The notes under the pieces: generated by a model
Database searches by the model: none
What the model saw: only the letters and a program-made list of their open reading frames with translations
What the model was told of the DNA's origin: nothing
Program-made: the position numbers and the translations under genes
NCBI GenBank assembly: GCA_902478605.1
Contig: CABSLQ010000021.1
Span: forward strand, 1 to 45,210
Length of the DNA: 45,210 nt
From: an uncultured Oscillospiraceae bacterium
GTDB lineage: Bacteria > Bacillota > Clostridia > Oscillospirales > Acutalibacteraceae
Reading direction: 5' to 3'
In this document: piece by piece, positions 10,790 to 19,560 of the stretch
Numbering within the stretch: the first letter of the stretch is position 1
Layout: every line of letters starts with the position of its first letter

Positions 10790-11032
10790 CTATTCGATCA
10801 CGCGGTACAGCAGTGCGGCGTCACTCTTCGCCGCCGTTTCCTGCACCGACACGACCTGCACCTTCACCTGCCGGGTACCGAGCACCAGCTCAATCACGTC
10901 GCCCTCCTTCACGTCATAGGAAGCGCGGGCAGGCTTGCCGCCCACAAGCACCCGCCCCGCATCGCACGCTTCGTTGGCCACGGTGCGGCGCTTGATAAGC
11001 CGCGACACCTTCAGGTATTTGTCCAGCCGCAT
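10790..11032 (-). CDS. yabO: S4-domain RNA-binding protein (YabO/Hsp15-like)
   Basis: MRLDKYLKVSRLIKRRTVANEACDAGRVLVGGKPARASYDV… aligns with B. subtilis YabO. Start at ATG 11032 with an AAAGGAGGG RBS. Confidence 0.85.
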   Translation of the reverse strand: MRLDKYLKVSRLIKRRTVANEACDAGRVLVGGKPARASYDVKEGDVIELVLGTRQVKVQVVSVQETAAKSDAALLYRVIE

Positions 11033-11052
11033 ATTGTCCCTCCTTTCACACA

Positions 11053-11078
11053 AAAAGCCGCCCGGAACCGGACGGCTT
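11053..11078 (-). repeat. 26-nt palindromic element copy 1 (hairpin/terminator immediately upstream of the yabO RBS)
   Basis: AAAGCCGCCCGG-AA-CCGGACGGCTTT, 11/12 bp stem. On the minus strand it is followed by UUUUUGUGUG, then the RBS. Confidence 0.6.
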
Positions 11079-11189
11079 TCCGCGTGTCGACAAAGTCGAC
11101 GCGCTGCTGGACGGGGACGCCGGATCGCAGCGGCTCGCTTTGCTCACCTTGCTTCCATCTGTCTCCGCCAGTGCCGCCCCTGCTCTTGA

Positions 11190-11224
11190 AAAAAGGAGGG
11201 AACACGCCGTGTTTCCTCCTTTTT
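11190..11224 (-). terminator. strong bidirectional-type hairpin terminator (probable hup terminator)
   Basis: 16-bp stem AAAAAGGAGGGAACAC / GTGTTTCCTCCTTTTT with a 3-nt loop. It is flanked by an A-run and a T-run, so there is a U-tract on either strand. Confidence 0.6.
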
Positions 11225-11237
11225 CGCTTATAAGGAA

Positions 11238-11266
11238 TGTTTCCGAGGCGCATGTCCTCGGAAACA
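11238..11266 (-). repeat. perfect 11-bp hairpin TGTTTCCGAGG/CCTCGGAAACA
   Basis: Directly adjacent to the 11190-11224 hairpin. The flanking GGAAACACG (11260-11268) is also complementary to CGTGTTTCC (11208-11216) of the neighbouring hairpin. Confidence 0.5.
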
Positions 11267-11316
11267 CGGGAATATAGAATCGTCACACCCTTGTGCCGAT
11301 TTTCTCCCGACAGATT

Positions 11317-11342
11317 GAAGCCGCCCGGAACCGGGCGGCTTC
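11317..11342 (-). repeat. 26-nt palindromic element copy 2 (just downstream of the hup stop)
   Basis: GAAGCCGCCCGG-AA-CCGGGCGGCTTC, perfect 12-bp stem. Near-identical to the copy at 11053-11078. Confidence 0.6.
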
Positions 11343-11357
11343 TGCAATGGACCCTGC

Positions 11358-11633
11358 TTATTTCGAAACGGCGTCCTTGAAAGCCTTGCCGGCTTTAAAA
11401 ACAGGCTGCTTGGAAGCCGGGATGGTGATGGCTTCCTTCGTGCGGGGATTGCGGCCAGTTCTCGCTTCGCGGGCACGCACTTCGAAGGTACCGAAACCGA
11501 CGAGCTGCACTTTATCGCCACCGGCGAGTGCCTCTTCAACGGATTCCAGGACCGCGGCAACGGCCTTTTCGGCGTCTTTCTTGGTCAGTTCGGCCTTCTC
11601 GGCAACGGAAGCGATGAGTTCTACCTTGTTCAT
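11358..11633 (-). CDS. hup: DNA-binding protein HU
   Basis: [91 protein letters not shown], 91 aa. Start set at the internal ATG 11633. Confidence 0.95.
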   Translation of the reverse strand: MNKVELIASVAEKAELTKKDAEKAVAAVLESVEEALAGGDKVQLVGFGTFEVRAREARTGRNPRTKEAITIPASKQPVFKAGKAFKDAVSK

Positions 11634-11716
11634 GATACTGTACCTCCTAGATTTTATACACCAGCGGGTTACACCGCGCATGGACAATAAATAAAAAGGC
11701 GTCCGCCACGGAAAAA

Positions 11717-12514
11717 TCAGCCGCGCTTGGCTTCGGCCCACAGGGCGTCAAGCTCCTCCAGCGATGCGTCCTGCATATCGATCCCCCGGTCTCCCGCCAG
11801 CCGTTCCACCGCCGCAAAACGGCGGATAAACTTATCGGTCGCATCGGTAAGCGCCTGCTCCGCGTCCGCATGGACAAACCGGGACACGTTTACGGCGGAG
11901 AAGAGCAGGTCGCCCAATTCCTCCTCCACATGGGCGGCATCCCCCTGCGCTATGGCTTCCTTAAGTTCGCGCGTTTCGCTGTCAAGCGCCTCGAGCGCGC
12001 CGGATACGTCCGGCCAGTCGAAGCCCACCCGGCGGGCACGGCTCTGCACCTTGGCGGCCCGCATGAGGGCGGGCAGGGTGCGCGGTACGCTGCCGAGCAG
12101 CTCCGCCTGTGTCTTGCCGCCTTTGGTCTCGCGCTTGATGGCATCCCAGTTGCGCAGCACCTGCCCGGCGCTGTCCGCCGTCTCCTGTCCGAACACATGG
12201 GGGTGGCGGATAATCAGCTTCTTGCAGATGCCGTCCACCACATCGGCAAAGGAGAAAACGCCCTTTTCCTCTTCGATGCGGGCATGAAACACCACCTGCA
12301 GCAGCACGTCGCCGAGCTCCTCTTCCAAGGCGGCGGCATCGGCATTGCCGATGGCTTCGAGCGCCTCGTGTGTCTCCTCGAGGAAATCGGAGCGAATGCT
12401 CTCGTGCGTCTGCTCCCGGTCCCAGGGGCAGCCCTCGGGCGAGCGCAGCAGGCGCATGATTTCCAGCAAATCGTCCATCCCGTATGTGTCTTTGAACGTG
12501 AAGGAAACCGCCAT
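11717..12514 (-). CDS. mazG: nucleoside triphosphate pyrophosphohydrolase MazG (YabN)
   Basis: Tandem MazG domains (…EEAYEVLEAI-like [10 protein letters not shown]…[15 protein letters not shown]…). Confidence 0.9.
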   Translation of the reverse strand: MAVSFTFKDTYGMDDLLEIMRLLRSPEGCPWDREQTHESIRSDFLEETHEALEAIGNADAAALEEELGDVLLQVVFHARIEEEKGVFSFADVVDGICKKLIIRHPHVFGQETADSAGQVLRNWDAIKRETKGGKTQAELLGSVPRTLPALMRAAKVQSRARRVGFDWPDVSGALEALDSETRELKEAIAQGDAAHVEEELGDLLFSAVNVSRFVHADAEQALTDATDKFIRRFAAVERLAGDRGIDMQDASLEELDALWAEAKRG

Positions 12515-12618
12515 ACTACCTCTTCCCAACCGGTGAATTTCGCGCATGCTGGTATTATATTACCCTATCCATCCGCATTTTTCAAGTAGTTGCGCAATTT
12601 TTTCACCTTTCGGCAGGC

Positions 12619-14298
12619 TTAAAAATCCTCCTTTGCGAGCGAACGGGTCAAGAAAAGCGCTAAAACATACACGAGTGCCGCCAGAAGCACCGCGCAGGCG
12701 GTGGCGATTTTTGGCTCCATTACACGGCTGAGCAGCCCGTTGGCGGACCAGGCCGCCGCACCGCAGCACAGCGCCGCCGCCAGCGGCCGCAGGAAAACTT
12801 TTCCGGCGGCCAGGCGCACCTGCGTTTGCCTGTGCAGGGCCCACAGGCTCATCACCACCATAAACATATAGCAAACCAGCGTGCTGTACGCCGCCCCCAT
12901 GATATTCAGCTGCGGCTGGCGGATCAGCGTCAGATTAAGCACCAGCTTGATAACGCCGCCGGCCAGGATGATTTTCAGCGGGATATCCGCCCGCCCGATC
13001 GCCTGCAGCATCGCGTTGATGGGGCCCGTCAGGCAGATGAAGACCACCGCCGCCCCCAGCACGGTGAGCAGCGGCCCGACCACCTGTGCCACATGCTGCT
13101 GCCCGTAAATCATAAAGAGAATCGGCTTGGCGAGTACGGCCAGCCCTACGCTCGCCGGCAGGGCCACCAGCAGCGTCAGCCGGATAACCGATTCCACCGT
13201 GCGCTTCAAATAGCCCCGGTTTTTCTGCGCCCAGGCGGAGGTGATGACGGGCAGCGCACTGATGCCGAAGGTCAGGGTGATGTTGGGCACCAGGTTGACA
13301 TAGGTCATGGCGGTCCCCCGCCCGCCGATAAGCCAGCCGAGCACATCGGTTGTGCCGCTCTGCTCTATCCAGGGGGCATACATCGTCCGCACCGCATCGC
13401 CGTGCTGTTCCATAACCGTTTTCAGGCACCGCTGGAGGGAGGCCACGTCGATGAGGTTGGTCAGCTGGGTCGCGAGCGCGCCCATTGCCACCGGCACCGC
13501 GATGCGCATGAGCGCGCGCAGCGTCGCGCGGCCCGTATCGGGCGGGGGCGACGCGGCCAGCTGCTCGGCGGTGATACCGGTGCCGGTGCGCCGGTGCCGT
13601 ATCACCATGTACACCAGGGCGAAAAAGGATCCGGCCGTCACCCCGAACATCGCCCCCGCCGCCACAAAGGGGAGGCTCAGTTCCCTGGCCTCGGCGGCGG
13701 TGGCCGCCATCGTGCCGTACACGGGCTGCCCGCTGCGGAACTGCCACTGTCCGAATTCCAGGGCACCGACCGCGGCCCCCAGCCCGAGCACCAGTTTGCC
13801 AAGCGCCTCCATGACCTGCGACACGGCGGTGGGCGTCATATTGCGCAGTCCCTCGTACAATCCGCGGTGGGCTGACACAAGGCAGCAGAAAAATACCGCC
13901 GGCGCCATGACCACCATCGGCCAGAAGCTACCGGGAATCCCCACAAAAGCGGGATAGAAAAACGCCGCCCCCAGCATCACGAGCATACCGAGCGTACCCG
14001 TCAGCAGGAAGGCTTTGCGGGCCACGCGGTAAATCACCTGCACGTCGCGGTAGCGGCCGAGCGAGACACTCGCCGCCACCATGCGGGACACCGCAATGGG
14101 AAAGCCCGCCAGCGCGATGGTATACACCGGCAGATACACGTCATACGCCGTGGCAAAATATCCGAAGCCGGTGATGCCGGCAATTTCTTCCCGCTGAATG
14201 GGGATCTTGAACAGGGCGCCGATGATCTTGGTCAGCACGGCGGCCAGCGAGAGAATGACGGCCCCCTGCTGGAAGCTGTGCCGTTTATTTTTCGTCAA
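12619..14298 (-). CDS. MOP-superfamily polysaccharide biosynthesis/flippase protein (SpoVB/YabM-like)
   Basis: 559 aa, about 14 TM segments, with the SpoVB/YabM family signature. Position upstream of mazG matches B. subtilis yabM. Confidence 0.8.
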   Translation of the reverse strand: MTKNKRHSFQQGAVILSLAAVLTKIIGALFKIPIQREEIAGITGFGYFATAYDVYLPVYTIALAGFPIAVSRMVAASVSLGRYRDVQVIYRVARKAFLLTGTLGMLVMLGAAFFYPAFVGIPGSFWPMVVMAPAVFFCCLVSAHRGLYEGLRNMTPTAVSQVMEALGKLVLGLGAAVGALEFGQWQFRSGQPVYGTMAATAAEARELSLPFVAAGAMFGVTAGSFFALVYMVIRHRRTGTGITAEQLAASPPPDTGRATLRALMRIAVPVAMGALATQLTNLIDVASLQRCLKTVMEQHGDAVRTMYAPWIEQSGTTDVLGWLIGGRGTAMTYVNLVPNITLTFGISALPVITSAWAQKNRGYLKRTVESVIRLTLLVALPASVGLAVLAKPILFMIYGQQHVAQVVGPLLTVLGAAVVFICLTGPINAMLQAIGRADIPLKIILAGGVIKLVLNLTLIRQPQLNIMGAAYSTLVCYMFMVVMSLWALHRQTQVRLAAGKVFLRPLAAALCCGAAAWSANGLLSRVMEPKIATACAVLLAALVYVLALFLTRSLAKEDF

Positions 14299-14325
14299 AT
14301 GCGTCCCCCTCTTCCGCTTCCGCCG

Positions 14326-15150
14326 TCAAACCTGTGCCGCCAGCGCGCGCATCAGCGCACAGAACCGGTCGGCCGCCTTCCCGGCGTTTTGGCCGACCTC
14401 CTCGTCGCTGAGCACGCCGTCGGGCGTCATGCCGGCCGCGGCATTGGTGATGCAGGAAATGCCGAGCGTTTCCATGCCGCACTGGGCGGCGGCGATGGCT
14501 TCCGGCACGGTAGACATGCCCACCGCATCCCCGCCGAGCAGCCGGATGGCGCGGATTTCCGCCGGCGTTTCGAACTGCGGACCGGCCATATAAAAATATA
14601 CGCCGCGGCGCAGGGATATGCCAAGTTTTTCCGCCGTCTCCTCCGCCAGCTGACGCAGGCGCGGCGAATAGGGCCGGCTCATATCAAAAAAGCGCGCGCC
14701 GAACGCCGGCAACTGCGGTCCGCGGGCGGGGCTCTCGGTGAAGAACTTGATGTGATCCTCGATCAGCATGAAGTCGCCCACCTGAAAATCCGGGTTGACA
14801 CCGCCCGCCGCGTTGGTGAGCAGCAGGCGGCGCACGCCGAGCAGATGCATCACCCGCACATAAAAGGCGGCCTGTTCCATCGAATAGCCCTCGTAATAGT
14901 GAAAACGCCCCGACAGCACGGCGGCCGGGCGGCCGTTCAACCGGCCGAGCAGCAGACGCCCCGCATGAGACGCGACGGTGGAACGCGGAAAATGGGGAAT
15001 ATCCGCATAGGGCAGCACGACTGCCCCCTCCACCTCGTCCGACAGCCGGCCAAGGCCCGAACCGAGCACCAGGCATATGGCGGGCGGGACCGGCATGTGC
15101 GCGCGGATATACGCCGCCGCTTCCTCGTAATGCTCCATCGGTATCGCCAT
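14326..15150 (-). CDS. punA: purine nucleoside phosphorylase I (inosine/guanosine-specific)
   Basis: 274 aa; close to B. subtilis PunA (…GSGLG…FHYYEGYSMEQAAFYVRVM…VGMSTVPEAIAA…). Confidence 0.92.
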   Translation of the reverse strand: MAIPMEHYEEAAAYIRAHMPVPPAICLVLGSGLGRLSDEVEGAVVLPYADIPHFPRSTVASHAGRLLLGRLNGRPAAVLSGRFHYYEGYSMEQAAFYVRVMHLLGVRRLLLTNAAGGVNPDFQVGDFMLIEDHIKFFTESPARGPQLPAFGARFFDMSRPYSPRLRQLAEETAEKLGISLRRGVYFYMAGPQFETPAEIRAIRLLGGDAVGMSTVPEAIAAAQCGMETLGISCITNAAAGMTPDGVLSDEEVGQNAGKAADRFCALMRALAAQV

Positions 15151-15263
15151 ATGGGATCGACCGCCTTTCTTTTAATTGGATCGCATCGGGAGCAGATAAG
15201 CCCCCTCGCGGGGCGGATTATCCGCTTCCGATTAACGATACCAGTTTTCGGCGCATAAAGCAA

Positions 15264-15292
15264 GAGGCAAACCGGTGCTGCCGGTTTGCCTC
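15264..15292 (-). terminator. hairpin terminator after zinc-ribbon gene
   Basis: GAGGCAAACCGG-TGCTG-CCGGTTTGCCTC, perfect 12-bp stem. Followed on the plus strand by CCATGCTTTTTATT. Confidence 0.5.
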
Positions 15293-15313
15293 CCATGCTT
15301 TTTATTGGTCTTT

Positions 15314-15712
15314 TTATTCCTGCTCGTCGGTTTTCGTCTCCTCGGCGGCTGCCTTCTCAATTTTGGTGCCGCACTTTTTGCAGAACTTGGAATCGTCCGT
15401 GTTGACGGCATCGCACTGCGGGCAGCGCACAACATTGTTGTATTCGTCGATCTTCGCGCGCAGGCGGCGGGCCTTCTCATTCATCTCGTCGATCTTCGCG
15501 ATGCATTCTTCGGTCAGGGCGGACACGTCCTGGCCCGATTTGCGCCCGTCATAGACGAGACGGCCAAGGCCCTCCAGCGTGGCGGCAATGTCCTTCTCGG
15601 CCTCTGCCGCTTCCATCTTCAGCTTGGTGACCTCTACTATATCGCTGGCCTTTTTGCCCACGCACTCCGCTGCGTTTTTGCCTTTGCACAGGATTTCCTC
15701 AAACGTTGTCAT
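15314..15712 (-). CDS. hypothetical coiled-coil protein with C-terminal zinc ribbon
   Basis: 132 aa; CPQC…CKKC zinc-ribbon near the C-terminus. Consensus sigma-A promoter TTGCAT-17-TATAAT at 15780..15752 (minus strand). Confidence 0.6.
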   Translation of the reverse strand: MTTFEEILCKGKNAAECVGKKASDIVEVTKLKMEAAEAEKDIAATLEGLGRLVYDGRKSGQDVSALTEECIAKIDEMNEKARRLRAKIDEYNNVVRCPQCDAVNTDDSKFCKKCGTKIEKAAAEETKTDEQE

Positions 15713-16020
15713 GGTAAAAACCTGCCTTTCTCACAATCGGGTGGTTGTTTGTGTTGTTCTTATTATACCGCAGCCGTGCGGGAAATGCAACCGACAGACG
15801 CTTTAAGACGATGAAGACAATCTTAAGAATACGCGAACAAAGTGTGAACTCCGCATTGACGGACAAGGGCAAACGCACCTGCCTGTTTTTTACCCCCACG
15901 GCAAACCTTTCCGTGCTTTTCAGCCGTGAAAAAGAGGAGGCCGCGGACCCGCACCCGGCAGCGGGGACAACGCCGCGCCACCCGTTCTTCCGAAACCATA
16001 TTATCCCCTTGCAGCCAATG

Positions 16021-16974
16021 TTAATATTCGTAAATCCCGCCGCCGATGAATTCGCGCAGCAGCGTGTCCGGCGGCAAATCGTCCGCGCTCAGCGGGGCGA
16101 ACCGCTCCAGCTCGGCTTCCAGGCGGCGAATCGTCTCATACCCGGGGTGATCCGGCGCCACCTGCCGCAGCAGAGGCATCAGCTCGCCTGCAAACACGCA
16201 GGGCTCATACGCGTGGGTGGTGTCCACCACGATGTCCACCGTATCCACATAGGGGAACATATACAGGTTTTCCCCGCGCACCACCTGCTGCCACATGTGC
16301 AGCGTATTCTCCAGCGAGCTGTTGCGGAACCGGTAATCGCGCAGCAGCCGCCGCACCAGCCGGATATCCCGCCGGGCCATCACCTTCCCCTCCTTATCGT
16401 AGATGGGGGAAATGGTGTTAACAAACAGTTTTATCACATTCTGCTGGGGCAGGAACCGCTCAAACAGGGGATTGAGCGCGTGGATCCCCTCAAAGATCAC
16501 CACCGAATCGTGGGACAGGACCAGCTCGGTCGTCTCGGCGGCCGGGCGCCGGGTTTCAAAATCAAAGCGGGGCAGCGCGGCGCGGCCTTCCTTTATCAGC
16601 CGGCGCATACAGTCCTGCAGCCGGTCCAGATCGAGCGCTTCCGGCGCTTCATAGTCGAAGCTGCCGTCGGGCAGGCGGGGCGCCTGCTCCTGGCCGCGGT
16701 AAAAGTTGTCGAGCGACACGGTATGCGCATCCATACCCAATCCGCGCAGCCGGTCGCGCAGCAGCAGCGCGGTCGTGGTTTTACCCGACGAGGAGGGACC
16801 CGACTGCAGCACGATGAGCCGATCCTGCGCGCCGGTGGCAATCTGCCGCACCGCCGCATCGAGGTCGTCGGAATACCGCGCGTTTTCCTCTTCGATGAAG
16901 GCCGCGGGCTCCGTGGCGACCCGCTTATTGATCTCCTCGAGTGTCAGAACCCGTTTTGGTAAAATACGTTTCAT
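16021..16974 (-). CDS. uridine kinase-family nucleoside kinase (P-loop)
   Basis: 317 aa; Walker A GPSSSGKTT and the PRK/uridine-kinase fold. Its 5' end overlaps the upstream radical-SAM gene's 3' end by 50 nt. Confidence 0.7.
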   Translation of the reverse strand: MKRILPKRVLTLEEINKRVATEPAAFIEEENARYSDDLDAAVRQIATGAQDRLIVLQSGPSSSGKTTTALLLRDRLRGLGMDAHTVSLDNFYRGQEQAPRLPDGSFDYEAPEALDLDRLQDCMRRLIKEGRAALPRFDFETRRPAAETTELVLSHDSVVIFEGIHALNPLFERFLPQQNVIKLFVNTISPIYDKEGKVMARRDIRLVRRLLRDYRFRNSSLENTLHMWQQVVRGENLYMFPYVDTVDIVVDTTHAYEPCVFAGELMPLLRQVAPDHPGYETIRRLEAELERFAPLSADDLPPDTLLREFIGGGIYEY

Positions 16975-18427
16975 AAAATTTCGTCACTTGTTCCTTCCGG
17001 GCGATCATCTCGGCAAAGCCGGCATTGTATTCATACGGGAATTTATAGTTGAATATGCGTTCGAGATAGTGGGTGCCGTACTGCTTGAGCTTGGTCACCG
17101 CGCCGGCGCCGCAGGCCAGAATGGTATGGGTCTCGTCCATAATATACACGTTATACAGGCCCTCGCGCCCCGGGCGGGCCCAGCCGACGTTTTCCTGGTT
17201 GCCCACGGTGCGGCTCTGCCGGTACAGATAATACGGTCGGTACCCCGCCGCCGGAAGCCGGTCGGCGGTCAGTCCCACCATGCGCGCGGCGTCGTCCTGT
17301 ACGCGGTAATCGGCGCGGTGCTGCACCACGAGATTGGATGCCCGCTTCATGGATAGGGTATGTACCGTTATGCTTTCCGGGGCGAGCGCCAATATACCCG
17401 ACAGCGTGCCGGCGAACCCGTCAAAATCGTCGCCCGGCAGGCCGGCGATGAGATCCGTGTTGATGTTGTCGAAGCCGCAGCGGCGCGCCGTATCGTACGC
17501 CGCATAAAACTGCTCCACCGTGTGCCGCCGCCCAATGGCCTGCAGCACGTCGTCGCGCAGCGTCTGGGGATTGATGCTCACCCGCGTCACGCCGGCGGCC
17601 CGCAGGGTGCGCAGCTTGTCCTCGGTGACGGTGTCGGGCCGGCCGGCCTCCACCGTGTATTCCCGCAGATGGGACAAATCGAAATGCGCTTCCACCGTGC
17701 GCAGCAGGAAAGCCAGCTGCTCGGCCGTCAGGGTGGTGGGCGTGCCCCCGCCGAAATACACCGTTTCGAGCCGCAGGCCCAGCGCCTTTGCCAGCGCGCC
17801 GGTATGGGCGATTTCTTTGGCGAGCAGCTCCACATATTGGGGAATCAGCCTGGCCGCCCGCTCCACCGTCTGGGACACAAAGGAGCAGTAATCGCACCGC
17901 GTGGGGCAGAAGGGGATGGAGATATACAGGCTGAAGGATTCCGGCCGGGACAGGGCGAGGATTTCGTCCTCCACGGCCAGGGTGCGGCAACACAGGGCGA
18001 GCTTTTCCGGGCTGACGAGCAGCCGGTCGCGAAAGGCGGCCGCCGCCTTTTCTTCCCCCATCTCCCGCGTGAAGCTGCGCAGCAGCTTGACCGGCCGCAC
18101 GCCGGTGATGACGCCCCACGGCGGCGCAAAGCCGAACAGCCGCACAAACAGCCGGTACAGCAGCGTCGCCAGCTGCAGCTCGCAGGCGTCCCGGTAATCG
18201 GGGCGGTCGTTCGCCACCGTGTCGGACAGCTCCTCACAAAAGTCGTCCAAACGCAGCCGGCAGGTCAGCCGGGTTTCCTCCTCCCCTTTGTCCAGGCAGG
18301 TCGACGCGATCACGCCGCCGGCCGCCTCGCCGCCGTCGGTCACCCGTATTTTTTCCTGCGGCAGAAACAGGCGGCAGATATTTTCCATTTCAAAGCGGAA
18401 CCCATGTCCGCGCATTTCCAGAATCAT
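16925..18427 (-). CDS. radical SAM protein, HemN/HemZ family (oxygen-independent coproporphyrinogen-III oxidase-like)
   Basis: CPTRCDYC (CxxxCxxC) radical-SAM motif plus the HemN C-terminal domain. Start set at ATG 18427 (MILEMRGHGF, GGAGAAG RBS); the 66-aa track extension overlapping the MBL gene is rejected. Confidence 0.85.
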   Translation of the reverse strand: MILEMRGHGFRFEMENICRLFLPQEKIRVTDGGEAAGGVIASTCLDKGEEETRLTCRLRLDDFCEELSDTVANDRPDYRDACELQLATLLYRLFVRLFGFAPPWGVITGVRPVKLLRSFTREMGEEKAAAAFRDRLLVSPEKLALCCRTLAVEDEILALSRPESFSLYISIPFCPTRCDYCSFVSQTVERAARLIPQYVELLAKEIAHTGALAKALGLRLETVYFGGGTPTTLTAEQLAFLLRTVEAHFDLSHLREYTVEAGRPDTVTEDKLRTLRAAGVTRVSINPQTLRDDVLQAIGRRHTVEQFYAAYDTARRCGFDNINTDLIAGLPGDDFDGFAGTLSGILALAPESITVHTLSMKRASNLVVQHRADYRVQDDAARMVGLTADRLPAAGYRPYYLYRQSRTVGNQENVGWARPGREGLYNVYIMDETHTILACGAGAVTKLKQYGTHYLERIFNYKFPYEYNAGFAEMIARKEQVTKFYETYFTKTGSDTRGDQ

Positions 18428-18440
18428 GGTTCTTCTCCGT

Positions 18441-19064
18441 TTATATCCCCGCCATCCAGGGGTTATACCGCCGCTCCCGCGACAGGGTGGTGGCCGGACC
18501 GTGGCCGGGATACACGGCGTAATCGTCCGGCAGCTCCGCCAGCCGCCGCAGCGAGGCGCGCATGGCCGCTGCGTCCCCGCCGGGAAAATCGGTGCGGCCC
18601 TCGCCGTCCATGAAAAGGGTGTCACCCGAAAAGATCACACCGTCCGCCAGAAAGCAGACGCTCCCCGGCGTGTGTCCCGGCGTGTGCAGCACGGTGAGCT
18701 TCAGCTGCCCCGCCTCCACCGTGTCGCCCTCCGTCAGCAGCCGGCCGGCCGACAGCGCATACCGCCGCCCGGGCATGAACAGCGCCAGCAGGCTGCGCGC
18801 CGGATTGGTCAGGGCGGCGGCATCCGCCTCGTGCACCGACAGCCCGGCCCCGGTGGCCTCCATCACCTCGCGCGCCGCGAGCATGTGATCAAAGTGCACA
18901 TGGGTCAGCAGCACCTGCCGCACCTGCACGCCCGCCTTTTCCGCTTCGCCGAGAATGCGGCCGGCCTCGGCCCCCGGGTCGATGACCACCGCCTGCTTGT
19001 CCTCTTCCCAGGCCAGATAGCAATTGGTTTCCAGCTCCCCGACCGGTATGGTACGGATCTCCAT
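18441..19064 (-). CDS. MBL-fold metallo-hydrolase (hydroxyacylglutathione hydrolase-like)
   Basis: HVHFDH and other metallo-beta-lactamase motifs; 207 aa. Confidence 0.88.
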   Translation of the reverse strand: MEIRTIPVGELETNCYLAWEEDKQAVVIDPGAEAGRILGEAEKAGVQVRQVLLTHVHFDHMLAAREVMEATGAGLSVHEADAAALTNPARSLLALFMPGRRYALSAGRLLTEGDTVEAGQLKLTVLHTPGHTPGSVCFLADGVIFSGDTLFMDGEGRTDFPGGDAAAMRASLRRLAELPDDYAVYPGHGPATTLSRERRYNPWMAGI

Positions 19065-19068
19065 GGCA

Positions 19069-19527
19069 CTAACTCCTTTTTATCCAATCCTTCGTATCCA
19101 GCAGAATGGTCACCGGCCCGTCGTTGACAAGCGCCACCTGCATATCGGCGCCGAACTGCCCCGTCTGCACGTCGGCCACCCCTTGGGCGCGCAACCCTTC
19201 GACCACCGCGTCAAACAGGGGAAGCGCCTGTTCCGGCCGGGCCGCGCCGAGGAAATCGGGCCGCCGCCCGTGCCGCGTATCGGCGCACAGGGTGAACTGC
19301 GACACGGCGAGCACCGCGCCGCCCACGTCCAGCACCGAAAGGCCGAACTTCCCGTCCCGGTCGAAAACGCGCAGCTGCGCCGCTTTGCGGGCGAGCAGGG
19401 CCGCCTCCTCCGGCGTGTCCTCCGTCGTCACCCCGACAAGCAGCAGCACGCCCGGCCCGATGGAGGCGATCGTCTCCCCCTCCACCGTCACCGAGGCGGA
19501 ACGCACGCGCTGGTATACGGCTTTCAT
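19069..19527 (-). CDS. dtd: D-aminoacyl-tRNA deacylase
   Basis: 152 aa; MKAVYQRV…SQFTL Dtd signature. Directly downstream of relA as in B. subtilis. Confidence 0.93.
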   Translation of the reverse strand: MKAVYQRVRSASVTVEGETIASIGPGVLLLVGVTTEDTPEEAALLARKAAQLRVFDRDGKFGLSVLDVGGAVLAVSQFTLCADTRHGRRPDFLGAARPEQALPLFDAVVEGLRAQGVADVQTGQFGADMQVALVNDGPVTILLDTKDWIKRS

Positions 19528-19560
19528 AGGCCTGTACCCCTTTCTGCGGATATTGTGCGG

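Noticed and set aside
12826-13875. 349-aa plus ORF and 270-aa minus ORF (12935..13747) inside the yabM/SpoVB-like gene
   Set aside because: These are alternative frames of a well-supported multi-TM flippase gene. Their composition is His/Arg/Gly-rich.
15699-15899. 66-aa minus-strand ORF
   Set aside because: It overlaps the start and the consensus promoter of the zinc-ribbon gene, and it is AT-rich leader sequence.
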